Assembly (NCBI GenBank): GCA_030704615.1
Contig: CM060731.1
Location: forward strand, 73,222,001 to 73,286,000
Reading direction: 5' to 3'
Source: Takakia lepidozioides
Lineage: Eukaryota > Plantae > Bryophyta
Length of the DNA: 64,000 nucleotides
In this document: positions 1-13,318 of the stretch, piece by piece
Numbering within the stretch: position 1 is the first letter of the stretch
How the letters are laid out: each line of letters opens with the position of its first letter
Made by a program: the position numbers and the translations under genes
Notes under the pieces: generated by a model
The model's database searches: none
Seen by the model: the letters and a program-made list of their open reading frames with translations, nothing else
What the model was told of the DNA's origin: nothing

Positions 1-357
1 CTAAAACCATGACAGCTGTCGTGCACCTAAGCATCGTGCCACAACATACATCACTGTCCACCACACAATCTAAGCACACAATCCTAGAAAGCTATACCAC
101 AATCGCCCCCCTAGCTGGTGGTTAGGTCCCTCTAACTCCAGATAGCTACAAGATGTAATAGCCACAGCCGTACTAAGTCCTCTATCACTGTCCCTATTGT
201 ACTCAAACTCTATAGACCAAGAGGCCGGGTACAAGAGCAACCCCATCGTTAGTTGCCGTCTTGCAATCTGTGAACTTGAGTCAGGATCTCGTGTGTTGGT
301 CTCCTAGTAGCTTGGCCTTGCATTTCTTGTTAGCCTCCATGGTTGTATCCACTCCCA

Positions 358-500
358 CTATCCAATGCAATGCGGACATAACCAATCCCCATCATGAACC
401 ATCTCAAGAGGTGGAGTCAAGCATCCCATATGCCAACCTCTAGAGCATTGATCACACACCAGCATGGTGGCTGCCCCTCTAGCAGACCCACACAACATGC
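358..500 (-). other. PHD finger at the integrase C-terminus (copy A)
   Basis: CMLC..MLVCDQCSRGWHMGCLTPPL..DGDWLCPHC is a C4-H-C3 PHD pattern. Confidence 0.9.
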
Positions 501-1767
501 ACCTTAAACTTGCAGGTACCACTGCCAGGTTTGGGTCAACCCTTTCATCAACATTTGGAAGGTGACATGGCGCGCAATTACGCACATGGTCCTTCCAAAT
601 CATGCCATCCCGACCCTCCAAGATCAGGACTCCTGAGGGCAACACCTCTCGAACCCTCAAAATAGTACGTCATGCAGTCACATCCAAGGTCGTAGGAGGA
701 GTCTACTGCAGATAAACATAGTCACCAGGGTTGAATCTTCGAACCCCAGGATGATAGCCCCCACCACGTATGGTAGCATACCTCAACGTATCACGATGTT
801 GTGCAATGGCAAGGTTCTCGAAAGCCATGGGCATGACTTTCTTGAACAACTCTACACGCTGCTCATATACACGTGCCCACACGTCCGGATCGTCAAGGTT
901 AAGAACTGTAGCAGCTTCTCTGCGAATGGATGTAGGCAAATCCGGCTCTCGGCCAAAGAGAAGAAAATATGGTGAGAAGGAGGCAAGTGATGCTTGCTTG
1001 CTGAACCTGTAGCCCATAGCTAACCAGGGTAACTGAAGGTCCAAATCTCCTAGGTGTCCCTTCTGCAAGCCATACTTGCGCAAACCCCTCTTTAATGTGT
1101 GAACAACTCTCTTTGCCAAGCCATCGGCCTCAGGATGATCCCGAGAAGTGGTGCGGTGGTCTATCAAGGCCTTGTCATACAAAGCCTGAAACTTCCCCAA
1201 GAACTTTCTCCCTTGGTCCGTGAGTACCTCAGCTGGAGCACCGAATCGGCTAAGCACACAATCCAATAATGTTTACGCAGCTCCCTCACTAGCCTTATCA
1301 GGCAATGGAACCAATTCAATCCACTTGGAGAAGTGCTCCACCATCACCAACACGTATTTGTTGTGGCGCATGGTCAGTGGCAACGGCCTTGCGAAGTCAA
1401 GACTTCACCTGTAGCCCAATCCCATGATCGGAAGAGGGTGCAATTGTGGAGTAGGGGCGTTGAATGAAGCACGCACCCTGTCACACACCATGCACCTAGC
1501 CACAAATTGTTGCACCTCTGTGTGCATACCACGCCACCAATACTGCCCCTGCAGTAGACTATGAGTGCGTCGCACCCCAAAATGCCCCAACTCCTGATGG
1601 GCATGCCGCACTAACCGTGCCCGCTGTGTTGGGTGAGGCACAATCCTCACTCGACCATCCTCCCACACTTGGAGCAGGTGTGTCCCCTCCCACTTGAACC
1701 TCTTGGCTCGTTGTAGGATCCGATCCCTCTCCTTGGCAATCACAGTGGCTGCAGTGTCTCCAGTGCG
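501..1767 (-). pseudogene. Retrotransposon DDE integrase (copy A, disrupted)
   Basis: H..GH..C..C zinc module (AHQELGHFG...CMVC), WSLDFA, VLTDQG, DGLA(E/K)R, and the C-terminal RFNPGDYVYL. Contains stop codons. Confidence 0.9.
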
Positions 1768-2740
1768 CCGTACTCTGCGCTGCTCAGCCATAGCCAAGCT
1801 GATAATCCAGGTCAAGCAATTGAGATCCATTGCTTGCCCCAACACCTGACGACGTGATGTATCAAAAAAGATGGCACCGCCGTGGTACCTGTGGTAAAAC
1901 CCATCGCCCGCTCGCGCTCGTCAGCATTGGGCTCCACTAATTGTTGCAACTGGCTATCCCACAAGAGGCCAGGTCCACCATCCCGAAAAGCATGGGATCC
2001 TGGGAAGCTGAGCAGTGTAGGTAATGTTGCTCGTGGTTGACCCACCATGTTGACCACTGCCAAAGGCGAACGGTCATCGTGTCTCACACGTTGAGACTGC
2101 CTCCCTGTGTCCAAAATGCTATCCACTGTGAGGTGTGCTGGCCGCTGCACCCCATCAAATACACGCTTGAGCAGTGCGGGTGGCATCAAGTTAGTCCACC
2201 ATAGCCATGGACGATGAGCCCATAACCCCACTGCAGCTGCATCCAGCAACACTGCTGACCCAAGCCACGACCGGACTTGATGCACACTGGCCATCACCCT
2301 GGCCCGAGAATCACCCATCAGTGGCACATTCTCCAAGATGTATGTTGGAGATACAGCTTGATGAAGCTGCAAGTGACGCAAAATCCGCACCATCTCCCAA
2401 AACAGACCCGTCCTCGAGTCTCGCAATCCATTGCCATGCCCGGCTGATGAATGCTCTTAGCAGGGCCAACCTACCACTACCAGATCAATGGAGCCAACCC
2501 GCTCCAAATCCTGCGCAACAAAATGTTTGCTGGCAAGGCTTGTTGGTATCCACGAACTGCAGACACTCGCAATAAATCAAGGTACTGCTGTACCAACTGA
2601 GCAACATGGCGCAGTGAGACGCGTCGTGCAGTCTCATCCCTCTCCACATACAGGTAACGTCGAATTCGTACACCTACCTGCAGTACTGCAGCCAATCCAA
2701 TGCTGATCCCGCCAAACAAGTCCAGAAGGCATATGCCTTC
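1768..2740 (-). pseudogene. C5 cytosine DNA methyltransferase domain (copy A, premature stop)
   Basis: LLDLFGGIS (motif I), YVERD (II), DLVVVGWPC* (IV; CAA>TAA directly after the PC), ENV (VI), HRPWLWWTN (VIII), ERERAMGF and LGQAM (IX/X). Confidence 0.9.
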
Positions 2741-5589
2741 ATCCGGGCACTGCCACACAAGAGGTGTGGTGTCCAATGGTGACAACTGAGGTGGTCCTGG
2801 TGCAATCGCCGCATTCTCCTCTTCTCCTGACGGTACGAAGGTCTCTACCCAGGCTTGTTGTACCCGTCCATTAGGAGCCTGCTGCAAATCCTTGCTCGTA
2901 CCCCATAATGGAGTGTGAGCAACCATGGCAGGCAACTCCGCCGTACCGTGCATGTCATCATGCTCTGCTAGAGGTGGCACATCCTCTGCATGGGCATTGC
3001 CTTCCAGCAACTCTCCAGGCCAACTAACTGCAGCTGTAAAGGCGGCTAGTGTTGGCATCTTGCCCCGCTGGGCAGCCGCAATACCCCAATGAATGTCACA
3101 GGGAGCTGTGCACGACGACCATCCCCTGACTGCCATCCAGGCCTGTAGGATGCTGACTCCTCCCAAAAGTCCAGGGTGAAGCCCATGGGATATAACACTG
3201 CCCCACCAACAAGGACATCGTAAGAGACCGCGTCTGTCACAATGGCCTTGGCTCGCATCACTGAGCCATCTACAGGATGATCTGGTTGTAGTCCAATGGC
3301 CAACTCACGCCGTGTCATGCCCCGAGCCTGCTCTGATCCTCCCAGAGATGTCTGTATCTGAAAAAGACAAGGCTCCATATCCGCCTCCATGAGGCCCAAA
3401 CCTGCAATAGCAGCTCTGCCCAACATCAGTGGCTGAGCTCCTGAGTCCAACAAGACCCGCAGTGGCCGGTACTTCTTGCCTGCCGGTCCACTCAAAGTGA
3501 AAATGCCTCCCTGGTTGTCTAACAAGACAACTCCAGGTGTCACCATGGCGCGCTCAAATGCTGGCCTAGCTGGCAGCTCCGTCAACCTGGCAGCTGCAGC
3601 TTGCCATGGCGCAGCCGTGGCAGTCTTGACCCTCAAATCCGAGGATCCCTCTGCCACTACACCTTCCAGTAACTCCGCAGAAGATGAAGTGACCTCCTCA
3701 CTATCGCAGAGTGTTGCTGCTAGTCTGAACACTGCAGCTGGTCTTACCCCCGGCGTCACAATCATGGTTGCCGAGAACAGTGGGGCTTGACACACAGAGG
3801 TGGCTGCCCCCAATAACACACCGGCTGCACTAGCCTTCGTAGCAGGTGTCAGTGCTGCACGTGTAACTCTCCCCAATGGCATAGTAACCTCCGCCTCGGT
3901 AACAATCGGACGAGAACTAGGTGCCATGGATGGCGTCGACACTGTCTCCGCCAATGTGAATGACTGAGGAAGCCTCGCCTGACGGCTTGCCTCCCCACGC
4001 TATGGATCCAATTCCACCTTTGCACCTCGTGGCTCAGGAACTCGTGCTGCTCCTCGAGTCACGGCTGCAGCAGACTCCACCTGCACTAGTGGTAGTGCTG
4101 CTCCGCACATGAATCCCATGCCTCCCATATCTCCTCCCTCAGGAGCAGGAGGTGGACCATCCCGGCTGGGAGCTGGTACTACCTGAGCTGTAGCCATGGC
4201 AGCGAGCCTCTGCTCTAGCTACTGAAGCCGGTTGGCCATGCCTTGGTCAACACCCTGACCTCCGCGTCCTTGGCCATGTTGAGCTTGCCCTTGGCCTGCA
4301 CCTCGTGCCCGACCACCTCGTCCTCTCTGGGCTGGTCCACCTCGCCCCCGGCCACCATTGTTCCCTTGGAACTGGCCTGGGTGCAACTCAGGATGCAAGT
4401 CATAACACTGGGCATCTCCATGCCTATACTTGCCACAATGCCCACACTGCAACTGTGCAGGCTGTGCTTGTGCCGGCCTTCTGCCACTCTCTGGGCAATC
4501 TCTCTTGACATAGGGTCCTCCACATGTCCAACATATTACCCCTGGTTGCTGTTGGCCTGCAAAAGATGCCACGGGCCTCTGCACCTGAGGTCCCCTGTAA
4601 GCTCCATGGAACTTGGGTTGGGAAACCTTGCCCCCCTGACCACGCTATTGGCCAGTCCCTTGTGCCTGTGGGCTGGCAGCTGCGCCTCGTGCAGGCATGT
4701 CCTTGCCAAATCCAATGGTAACAACTCGCTTCTCCACCATGTTGAGCTCAATCCGCTCAGCCAGCAGAAACACATCCGCTAATGTGGGTTGAGCCGCTTG
4801 TAACAGGGTTGTATCCCGCACCCTTCTCCTGAGCTCCTTGTCCAAAATTCCATACCAGAACTGGACTGCCTGAGCTTCAGTAACCCCTTGGGTCACACTT
4901 ATCAAGCGCCTCATACGAGTGTAGGCCTCTCGCAAGCTCTCACTGGATTTGCGTTGGAAGTCTTGCAAACTTTGCAGCTTCTCTGTCCGTACACCTTGGT
5001 AGTTCCTCCGCAACTCCTGGAAGAACTCCACCACCGGGTTGAATCTAGGCACATGTGTTATAGTCGTGGCAGGAGGAGTAGTAGCACCTTTTGAACTGGT
5101 ACCACCTGCAGAAGTACCGGCACTACTTGTTCCACTACTAGTGCTTGTAGTTGGAGATGTTTGTGTAGCTGCTGGTGTCACCGGTGCCCTTGTGCCTCTA
5201 GTGATTGAGACATAATTAGGTGACCAATACTCTCGTCACTCCTCAATCTCCACCGCATGTCCCCGCCTAAATTCATGGTAATCATCCATGGGCAGCCCCT
5301 CAAGGTGCTGGAATAGCCTCTTCCACGTCATAAAGGGCGTAAACAGTTGTGGATTGCGCATTTGCTGCAAATCACACCAACTGTCAAACTCTTGTATAAA
5401 GTCATCAAGCTCGATGGTGTCCACAGCTCCAGAGTACCTACGTGGCCCCTTGGTAGCTCCATACATCTCCTCCATTGTGTCCCACAACAATGGCACGGAA
5501 ATGACTTGCACCCTCGGCGAGAATCCTCCAGACTCCGAGTCTGAACCTTCCTCAGAAGACACTGAAGGTGAAAGTGGCCTAAACCGCAC
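2741..5589 (-). pseudogene. Gag and aspartic protease (copy A, disrupted)
   Basis: Retrotrans_gag-like FQRKSSESLREAYTRMRRL, zinc knuckles CWTCGGP and CGHCGKY.H...C, protease VLLDSGAQ. Confidence 0.85.
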
Positions 5590-6339
5590 ACCTCGTCTTG
5601 TGTACCCACTAGTATCGCTGGTGCTCGTACCAGCACTCCCTCAGCAGCTGGTGGCACCTCCGTGATGAAAACTCACAACCCAACCGGTTGTCAACCTGTC
5701 TCTAATCCCCACTTTCTACAAGGTAACCGGGTAGAGAACCTGTTGCGGCTACTCGTTCAAGCAGGAATAATAGGTTTCTAACGTAGACCTATACCTGCAC
5801 CTGCATCCACCGCAAGCACTCCTATGGTCTGCTGGTCATCAACCCAGCCTCACCATAGAAGAAACACTAGTGGTCTTGCTGGTCATCACTTCAGCCTCAC
5901 CACCGATAGCATACTCTAGGATTGGCCGGTCATCAAATCCGGACCAACCTCCTATGAAAACAAGTGCCCACACAAAGCTAACATGGCGCACAGTCAAGCA
6001 TGCAGGTGTGGAGGGGATCCAAACACAAGAAAATCAAGACAGCAACTCCCCCACACCAAAAACACTCCACAGTGTCGCTCCTGCAAGGACACCCCAGCCC
6101 AAACCCGGACTGACTCTTGCCTCCACCTACGGAAAGGTTTTGGCCTACAGTGAGGGTGAAAGACTATGGAGAAGAGAAACTAAAGCAATTCCTAACCCCA
6201 GAATGCTCTCATCCCACCACTCTCCCTCATGTCTCTATCCACTCGCTTGTATGGCCGTGGCAAGTACCCTTCAATATCCCTCAATCAATCCTTCAAGAGC
6301 TCTTCAACATTGTCCACCAAAGCTCCTCGAAGGGTCCTC

Positions 6340-6478
6340 CAAGGACCCCAAAGATCCTCCAAACACTCCTCCAAGGACCCCAAAGATCCTCCAAACACTC
6401 CTCAAAGGACCCCAAAGATCCTCCAAATACTCCTCCAAGGGCCCTCAAATATCTTCCAAACAATCCTCCAAAGGCCCT
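6340..6478. repeat. ~31-bp tandem repeat (AAGGACCCCAAAGATCCTCCAAACACTCCTCC, about 4 copies) in the 5' region of copy A
   Basis: Directly visible tandem copies. Confidence 0.9.
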
Positions 6479-6505
6479 TAAATTTCACTAAGTCCTTTCA
6501 CTGTT

Positions 6506-6900
6506 GATACCTTAACAGAGGTATAGTCTGAGGTTGCTAGGGTCCCTTATGTTGATGATACCTTTACAGAGGTATAGTCTGAAAATGAGGGTTCTGTTTG
6601 GTATACTAACAGAGGTATAGTCTGAGCTGATTAGGGTCCACATATGGTGATACCTCAACAGAGGTATAGTAAAAGGGACAAGCTCTTGTTTGGTATACTA
6701 ACAGAGATATAGTCTGAGCTGATTAGGGTTCACATATGGTGATACCTCAATAGAGGTATAGTAAAATGGACAAGCTCATGTTTGGTATACTAACAGAGGT
6801 ATAGTCTCACATTAGGGTTCACATATGGTGATACCTCAACAGAGGTATAATCAAAGGGACAAGCTCCTGTTTGGTATACTAACAGAGGTATAGTCTGAGC
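6506..6900. repeat. Tandem array of nine (G/T)ATAC(C)T.ACAGAGGTATAGT cores forming a ~90-bp dimeric unit
   Basis: Cores alternate with two recurring spacer types. Confidence 0.9.
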
Positions 6901-8629
6901 ATACACTACTAGGGTTTGTAATGAAGAGCTAGAATGCAAGTCCTTGACTTCTATGCTTCTACTCAAGCAAAAATATGGTCTCTAGGTGGTCATAAGAGGC
7001 ATCTTCTTGCTCTCTTCCACCCCAATGTGCAACCAAGAGTGGTCCAACTCAACTTGCAAGTCATTGTCCACCAAATCAATCCCCCTTCTAGTCCTTGGGA
7101 TTTGATTGCAAACTACCATATCTCCATTGCCGAGCAATCATGCATTTGTCTCCTCATCACTTGACAATTGCTCCAAATCAACATAAATTATCTCAATGTG
7201 TAGGAGCAATGCTTGTCACTTACAATAATGCTCTCAAGCAATCCGCCTTGGATCCCACTCTCACGCCATATGCCTCATTTGGGGTCTTGCACCAATCCAT
7301 TATCCATATGCTCTCCGTGGTCATTTGAATGCATGTTTCATGACCTCTTGGCCTATGTGTTGCTCTCCTTCATCATAACATGAATCAACACCTCTCCACT
7401 TCACACACAACTGGATCTCAAAGGCCTTCACCTCTTGCTAGTTCAAGAGCTCCCCTTCTCAAACTTGAACTTACAAACTCAAGCGAGCATGATCCACACA
7501 TGCACCACTTGCTTGGTCAACTATCCACCACAAAGCTCGCACTACCAAGAGCATGAATAGCCAAGTATTGCCTCCCCCTCTTGTCACATTACATAGTTAG
7601 GGTGAAGCTATGCATACATTGAATGATGATTTCCCTTCAAGGATTTCCCACCACATGTTCTCCAAGCCCTTCCAATGGCACCCTAAGCTTGGCTCCACAC
7701 CAGCATGATTGGAAGATTTCTTCACATGCTCCCTTTCAAAACCTCTTGAGCTTCTTAGTGCTCTCCAAGTGCTTGCCCTTGTTGTCTTCAAGCCCAAGCA
7801 TATATAGCTCCTTGGCTTCTCTTCCACAACATCCACACTTTGAACTTGCTTAATCCTAGTTTGATAGTGAAATGAGCACTAACAAGCCTTTAGTCACTCT
7901 CCACAAGCCATGGCGCACACCATCGACTCCATAATGCATATAAAGGATTCTCAAACCCTAGAATCCATGCTTCCACACACACAAGACTTCCTCCTTACAA
8001 TCCTTGCAAAATCTTGTGACTCAAGAGCTTTATTCTCAAGCTCTCCAACTCCTTGGTGCATGCAATACTCGAGCACCTTTCCTTGCAACCCCTTGCAAGC
8101 CTTGTGATACAAGAGCTAAATTCTCCTAGCTCTCAACCTCTTTAAAATACAAGTGCAAAACTAATCATTACACTCCGCACTCACAAGCATAAGGTGATCT
8201 TCTTGTAGTGATAAGAGATGAGAAATGAGAGAAGTAGAAGACAATGAAAGCTCTCAAAGCATGAAGCAATCACATGAAGAACAAGCCCTAGTCCTTCCAA
8301 GTGAAATCCACTCTATCACATAAACTAAGTCAAGCCAAGGGCACCTTTGCTAAAGGAATCCACCCTACAAAGCCCTCAACACACTCCCTCTCAATACCTA
8401 GAGCTATGGAGGTGAGAGAAGCTCATGGAGGCTCAACTACAAGAAGATGAGCCTCCTCAACACTCACAAGGGGAAAACCTATCTCCATGTCTCAAGTGAG
8501 GCTCGACACCTCACTTGGCATGTGAGACCAAATGAAGTCCCAACACACAAAATATAAATATAAATATCTAAAATGTCCTAGTTAACTAGAAGTAGGTAAT
8601 TCTAGATAACCATGACTAAAACCATGACA

Positions 8630-9535
8630 CCTGCTTTGGAATACGGATCTGCAATATGGGTTGATAACTCCAACCAGGCTAAGTCTCTAGAATCCATTCA
8701 AGTGGGGGTGCGTAAGGAGTGTATGTCAGCATGCTCCAAAACAGCCAATGTGACTCTTCGGGGTGAACTTGGCATTCCATCCTTACGCTCCCCACGAGAT
8801 GAATTCAAGGTCAGATGGTGGGGTCAGCTGCAACATATGTCCAACACCAGATATCCTAAGTTAATCAACTCTATATCTTGGAAACACGACCGCCCTCTCA
8901 AACAGGTCAAGTCCTGGCAGAAGAGAGTAGAAGAGATGGATCTGGATCCGCAAGTCTTGACCCTGCTGGATAAATCTGACTTAGAGGGTGTAGTGTCCAA
9001 AGCCATGTCTGTTGCCATGAAATTGTCTGATGAAAATGAAGTTAGGCAAAAAACTTCCCTGAACTTGTTTCCAGTCTGTGATATGGGGGAGGACATCTTG
9101 GATGACCTCAAGGGTCTACCCACTCTGGGCACTAGACTGAAATTTAAACTCAGGGCAGGAAGCCTACCTTTGAACAGCAAACAGAAGCAGAGAGGAAAGG
9201 GAGAGTGCAATTGCCCGTTGTGTGGGCAACCTGAAGACAATATTCATTTTCTGATTCATTGTCCGGGGTTCTCTCACCAAAGAGACTTTCTCCTCAAATC
9301 TATCAAGGGAATTGTGCCTGTACCTCTGTTTACCTTTGAAAGTCTCGAGGCTGAGCCAAAAGCCCAGGCCATTCTGAGGCCTAGTTTTTGGGCAAATCAC
9401 ACACAGCAGATTGATGCTTGTGTGAAGGGATTTCTAGAGGATATCTGGAAAACCCGGATCAATTCTATGTATCAATGGCACAAGCTACGACAAACAACGT
9501 CTTATGAGTACATTCTCTCCAAAGCACCATTGTGA
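8630..9535 (+). mobile_element. Non-LTR retrotransposon (LINE) ORF2 C-terminal remnant, interrupted at its 5' side by copy A
   Basis: PALEYGSAIW...LRGELG (RT thumb/C-terminal region), LKFKLRAGSLPL, and the CPLCG..EDNIHFLIHCP zinc motif typical of LINE ORF2. Confidence 0.8.
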
Positions 9536-10499
9536 CATCTCATAGAAGGTTGTTTGATTCATGCTAGCATATCTAAGGATGTAATATGGATATGCTGGTT
9601 ACTGCAGAACCTTCAAAAAAATGTCATATCTTAAACTGTAGTGAATGAAAGAAATTGGAATTGAAGTGAGAGCATAGGAGTGAATTAGAGAGAGAATGAA
9701 GTGCAATTAAATGGCAAGTGGGAGCCAAACTGAGTGTGAGATTGGTGTTTATCGGCCTTGACATTGGCGACTAGCTGACTTCGAAACCTCAACCAATTAT
9801 CACCTCAGCACTTACCAGGGGCTTACATTCAATGCAAAATCTGAAGGAAAGTGCAGAAAGCAGGAAAGCTCGATTAGGAAAGTGTGCGGCGTGGGCCCGC
9901 GCGCGTCGCCTTTGTATTGCACTACTTCCTTGGCAGGCAACCCTCCCCTCTGGGGGACCCTAATAACACAAACTGGATGATTGCAGGTCTCACTATTTGC
10001 AACATTTTAGTCGTCAATTGTTCTGATGACGAGGTGGTTTGTGTGTGTGTTCAGCAGCGCCTAGAGATGCGGAGAGGCGTGTTTGGTGACCGTCGAGATT
10101 CAACCGCTGCCCTAGAGTCGAAGCGACTCGGAGTAACAAAGCTCTTCATCTTGCACAGCCTCTTTGCTTCGTATCGTGTTCCGGTCCTCGAGCCTCTCCT
10201 TATGATGGGAAAGCGATTGGATTTGCTAAGAACAGAAGAGAGTTCGGAACTCGAGCCTCTTCTTACGATGCCAAAGCGATTGGATTTGCTAAGAACAGAA
10301 GAGAGTTTTTGTCGCAAATAGTCTGGTGTTCGGATAAGCTTGATATATTCTCCTGCCCGTGAGTCTTCTTGTGCTGAGGGGACTTCCAAGCGTAATCTTA
10401 TAAGTCTCGACCAGTTTTCCTAGGTTGATGAGCCCTCAGTGACAGCGTGTTATCTGTGTTGAAACACATAAGGCTCGAAACACATAGAGCTCGCTCATT

Positions 10500-12132
10500 A
10501 TGAAGCCATTTTGGTACGACAATCCAGGCGGTCAGTACTTCCCAATAGTGGAGGCTATACTGGTTATAGCAGGGGTAGCAGCAGCCTACAAAGAAAAGAA
10601 AGGATCGGGTCTCCAATATTCAAAATTTTCACTTGGTGCTAAACTCAAATTCCAACTGAAAAGTAAGAGAGGAATGCTGCCACTCTACATGCCTGCAGCC
10701 ATAATGTCGGTGTCGTTTTTGGCATACAGACTTGGATACTTCCCCCTCGCCACAGTGTTTGATAAAGTGGGACTCTCTGGTATTGGCTCATTTTTGCAAC
10801 AGCATTCATCGGACAATGTCCGCGTTCTGTTTCTAGCTGCTGCTCTCTCAGTTCACTTTACAAAACGAGTTCTGGAGGTAATCCGCTTGTACACCATATA
10901 TGTAGGTTCACTGAAAGTAGGGGGAGGAGAGGGGGACGAGAAAGTGCTAGGGAAAGAACCATAGAGACAAGAGCGAGAGTGCAAGATAGAGATACAGACT
11001 GATAAATGCCAATAAGGTTATTCTACCTAGTTTGCGGACAAGATTGACACCATCGCACTTGAATGTGAACACTAATTTCATTCATTTCAAAAGACAGTTT
11101 GTCTGTTCTAGAGGAAGGTCAGGGGAAGGTCAATGACTGATCTGTCGAGTGTATGCCATGCAAAAGTGGTAGTAATTTGTAGTTGGCGCAATTCCCCATA
11201 TGAAGTACTATGGTATGCAGGGATCGAAAAGTAAAGGTGCTTATACAGAGCGTTAACGCTCCTCAGCAGAAAGTATGATCGTTGCGGAGTATGCGAGGAT
11301 TGTCTGGTGTAGATTACAACACAATGTCATTACGTTGAGAGATCTATGTTTCTGTGTGAACTTATAGGTCTGCATCAGTTCATGCACAGGAATAATCCAC
11401 GCATATGTACAGATACCTGCACATGCTCTAATAGTCTCTACTTTCATTTTCCACCTAATTTTATAAGATGCTAATGCTTAATTCTGAAGTCCATTGAGAA
11501 CCATTCTGCTTACTAGGCTGTACAGACGATCTACAACCTCATCAGAAGACTTGTGAACTAAACATTTACTCGTTAGTTTCCATGCTCAGTACTGTAGTCA
11601 TAACTCTAGAAACTGTAATCCACCATTGCAGACACTCGCTGTTTGTCAATGATTGGAGCAGGTGCTGTTCCTACATCGGTACTCCGGATCAATGGATGCG
11701 TCGCACGGTATTGTGATATCATTGAGCTACGGCCTGATCGTCTTTAATCTCTTATATACACAACAACTCTCCTCGGGCCTCACAGCGCCACCAACAGACT
11801 TGATGTGGATTGGCATTCCGCTGTTTGCGGTGGGGATAATCGGAAACTTCTACCACCACTACATCCTGTCCAAGATCCGCAAGGATGGAAACAACAAATA
11901 CGTACTGCCTCGTGGTGGCCTGTTTGAGAAATTGGTCTGTCCACACTACATTTTCGAGGACATCGATTTTCTGGGTATGGCCATGATCAGCCAAACAATA
12001 ATGGCGTTCGCCATATTCACATTTGTTATCATCTACTTGACTGGGCGGACCTACAACACCAAGCAATGGTATATGAAAAAAGTGGATGGATTTCCATCAG
12101 AGAGGAAACTTCTTATACCGAAAGTATTCTGA
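10500..12132 (+). CDS. 3-oxo-5-alpha-steroid 4-dehydrogenase (steroid 5-alpha-reductase/TECR family) membrane protein; exons 10500-10877 and 11662-12132 (~282 aa)
   Basis: YSKF, HFTKRVLE|VLFLHRYSG, GNFYHH..L, YVLPRGGLF..VCPHY..E, and W-Y..K...FP..RK.LIP. The GT-AG intron is in phase 0. Confidence 0.9.
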
Positions 12133-12824
12133 ACATGGTATGCAAGTTCTCTGTTGACTTGCACTGTCTTACAGCGGCTGCAAATTCAGGAGGAATCTCA
12201 TGGAATGTGCTTAGCGTGCAAATATCGTGTCATGAGTTCCAACTCTGAATTCTATCTTTGCATGTTGTTGGCAAATTAATGCATGTGTACCACATTTGGT
12301 GCCTTGGTGATGGTTTCAGGAAGAAAAGTACTGAGATGTGCTGCATCAGCACCATCTGTGAGTTCAACACATGCTTGAGTGTTAAACAAGATTCAGATGG
12401 TTGTCATTATTATATGGGAGATCAGTCTTTGGGTTTCAACTATGGAAACAACTTGCATGACACATTCTCATAACAGAGTTGACGCTTGCAGCTGACAAAG
12501 TTTCTTTCCTGAAACCTTGAAAATGCAATCAACTCAATTGTAGGTGGGCGAGGAAGAGAGATTGAGAATCACGTTGCGATTAACAAAAAACCTATAGACA
12601 GGAAGGAAAATGATTCCTGAACTACTGATTTGAACAGACAGGCAATATGTGTGCTCATTCCAGGCAATTGACTTGCTTAAATGCATCTTCCACTGTCTAG
12701 GTAGGACTAATTGGAGTTCATAATGGTAACTAGATGCAGGCATGCAACACAACTGCTGAGACATAAAGGAGGTATATACTGTATGAGCAAGGGTCGTATT
12801 TACATCCACCAGCATCTTGCCTTT

Positions 12825-12849
12825 GAGAGAGAGAGAGAGAGAGAGAGAG
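12825..12849. repeat. (GA)n microsatellite
   Basis: Directly visible. Confidence 0.9.
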
Positions 12850-13318
12850 CCCACATAGTCATTGATTGTTTTCTCCCATTGTTGGCTATGATGTACCCTT
12901 AAAAGCATATTGTATGGAGGATAGTCATAGTCAGTTGTGGGGTTTCAACCGCCAAGCAAGTTACATCCAGACCCAACACACACTCACCAAAATGATGCCT
13001 CCCAGCAGAAGACAAACAGGGAGTAGAATGATGCCAGGCATTATGTTGTACCAGAAAGCACAAGGATGATTCCAGCACTGGCTGCTGTCCAAATGAATCA
13101 ATAAAAGAGTGTATGTGTGTCACTGTGGTCGACATCGTTTCACAATCCAGGACCAACCCTGACACGTAAAATCAGTACAGAACAAGACTAGAAATGGATA
13201 CATTCCATGAATCAATGAAGACACTCAAACTTCAATCCTTCCGCACCCTGCAGCTTCTCATAACACGCAAAGATGGGGTTCCCTTAGAGCAAGACCTCTC
13301 AATCTGAGACAGTGTTGG

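Larger units (their letters stand above)
1..8629 (-). mobile_element. DNMT/PHD-carrying gypsy-like retrotransposon, copy A (RT-RNase H deleted; its 3' end runs off the left edge of the window)
   Basis: Gag zinc knuckles, protease LLDSGA, C5-MTase motifs, rve integrase and PHD on the minus strand, closely similar to copy B. The 5' terminus TGTCATGGTTTTAG at 8629 abuts LINE coding sequence, and the same 14-mer recurs at 1-14. Confidence 0.9.

Noticed and set aside
6506-6900. CRISPR-like repeat/spacer appearance
   Set aside because: The spacers are themselves repeated in alternation, there are no cas genes, and the context is a eukaryotic retroelement.
6900-8600. Short ORFs in the 5' region of copy A
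   Set aside because: Strand-skewed, CpG-poor sequence with no recognisable protein motif.
10187-10308. 63-bp tandem duplication upstream of the steroid reductase gene
   Set aside because: Real but a simple two-copy local duplication. The ORFs across it have no support.
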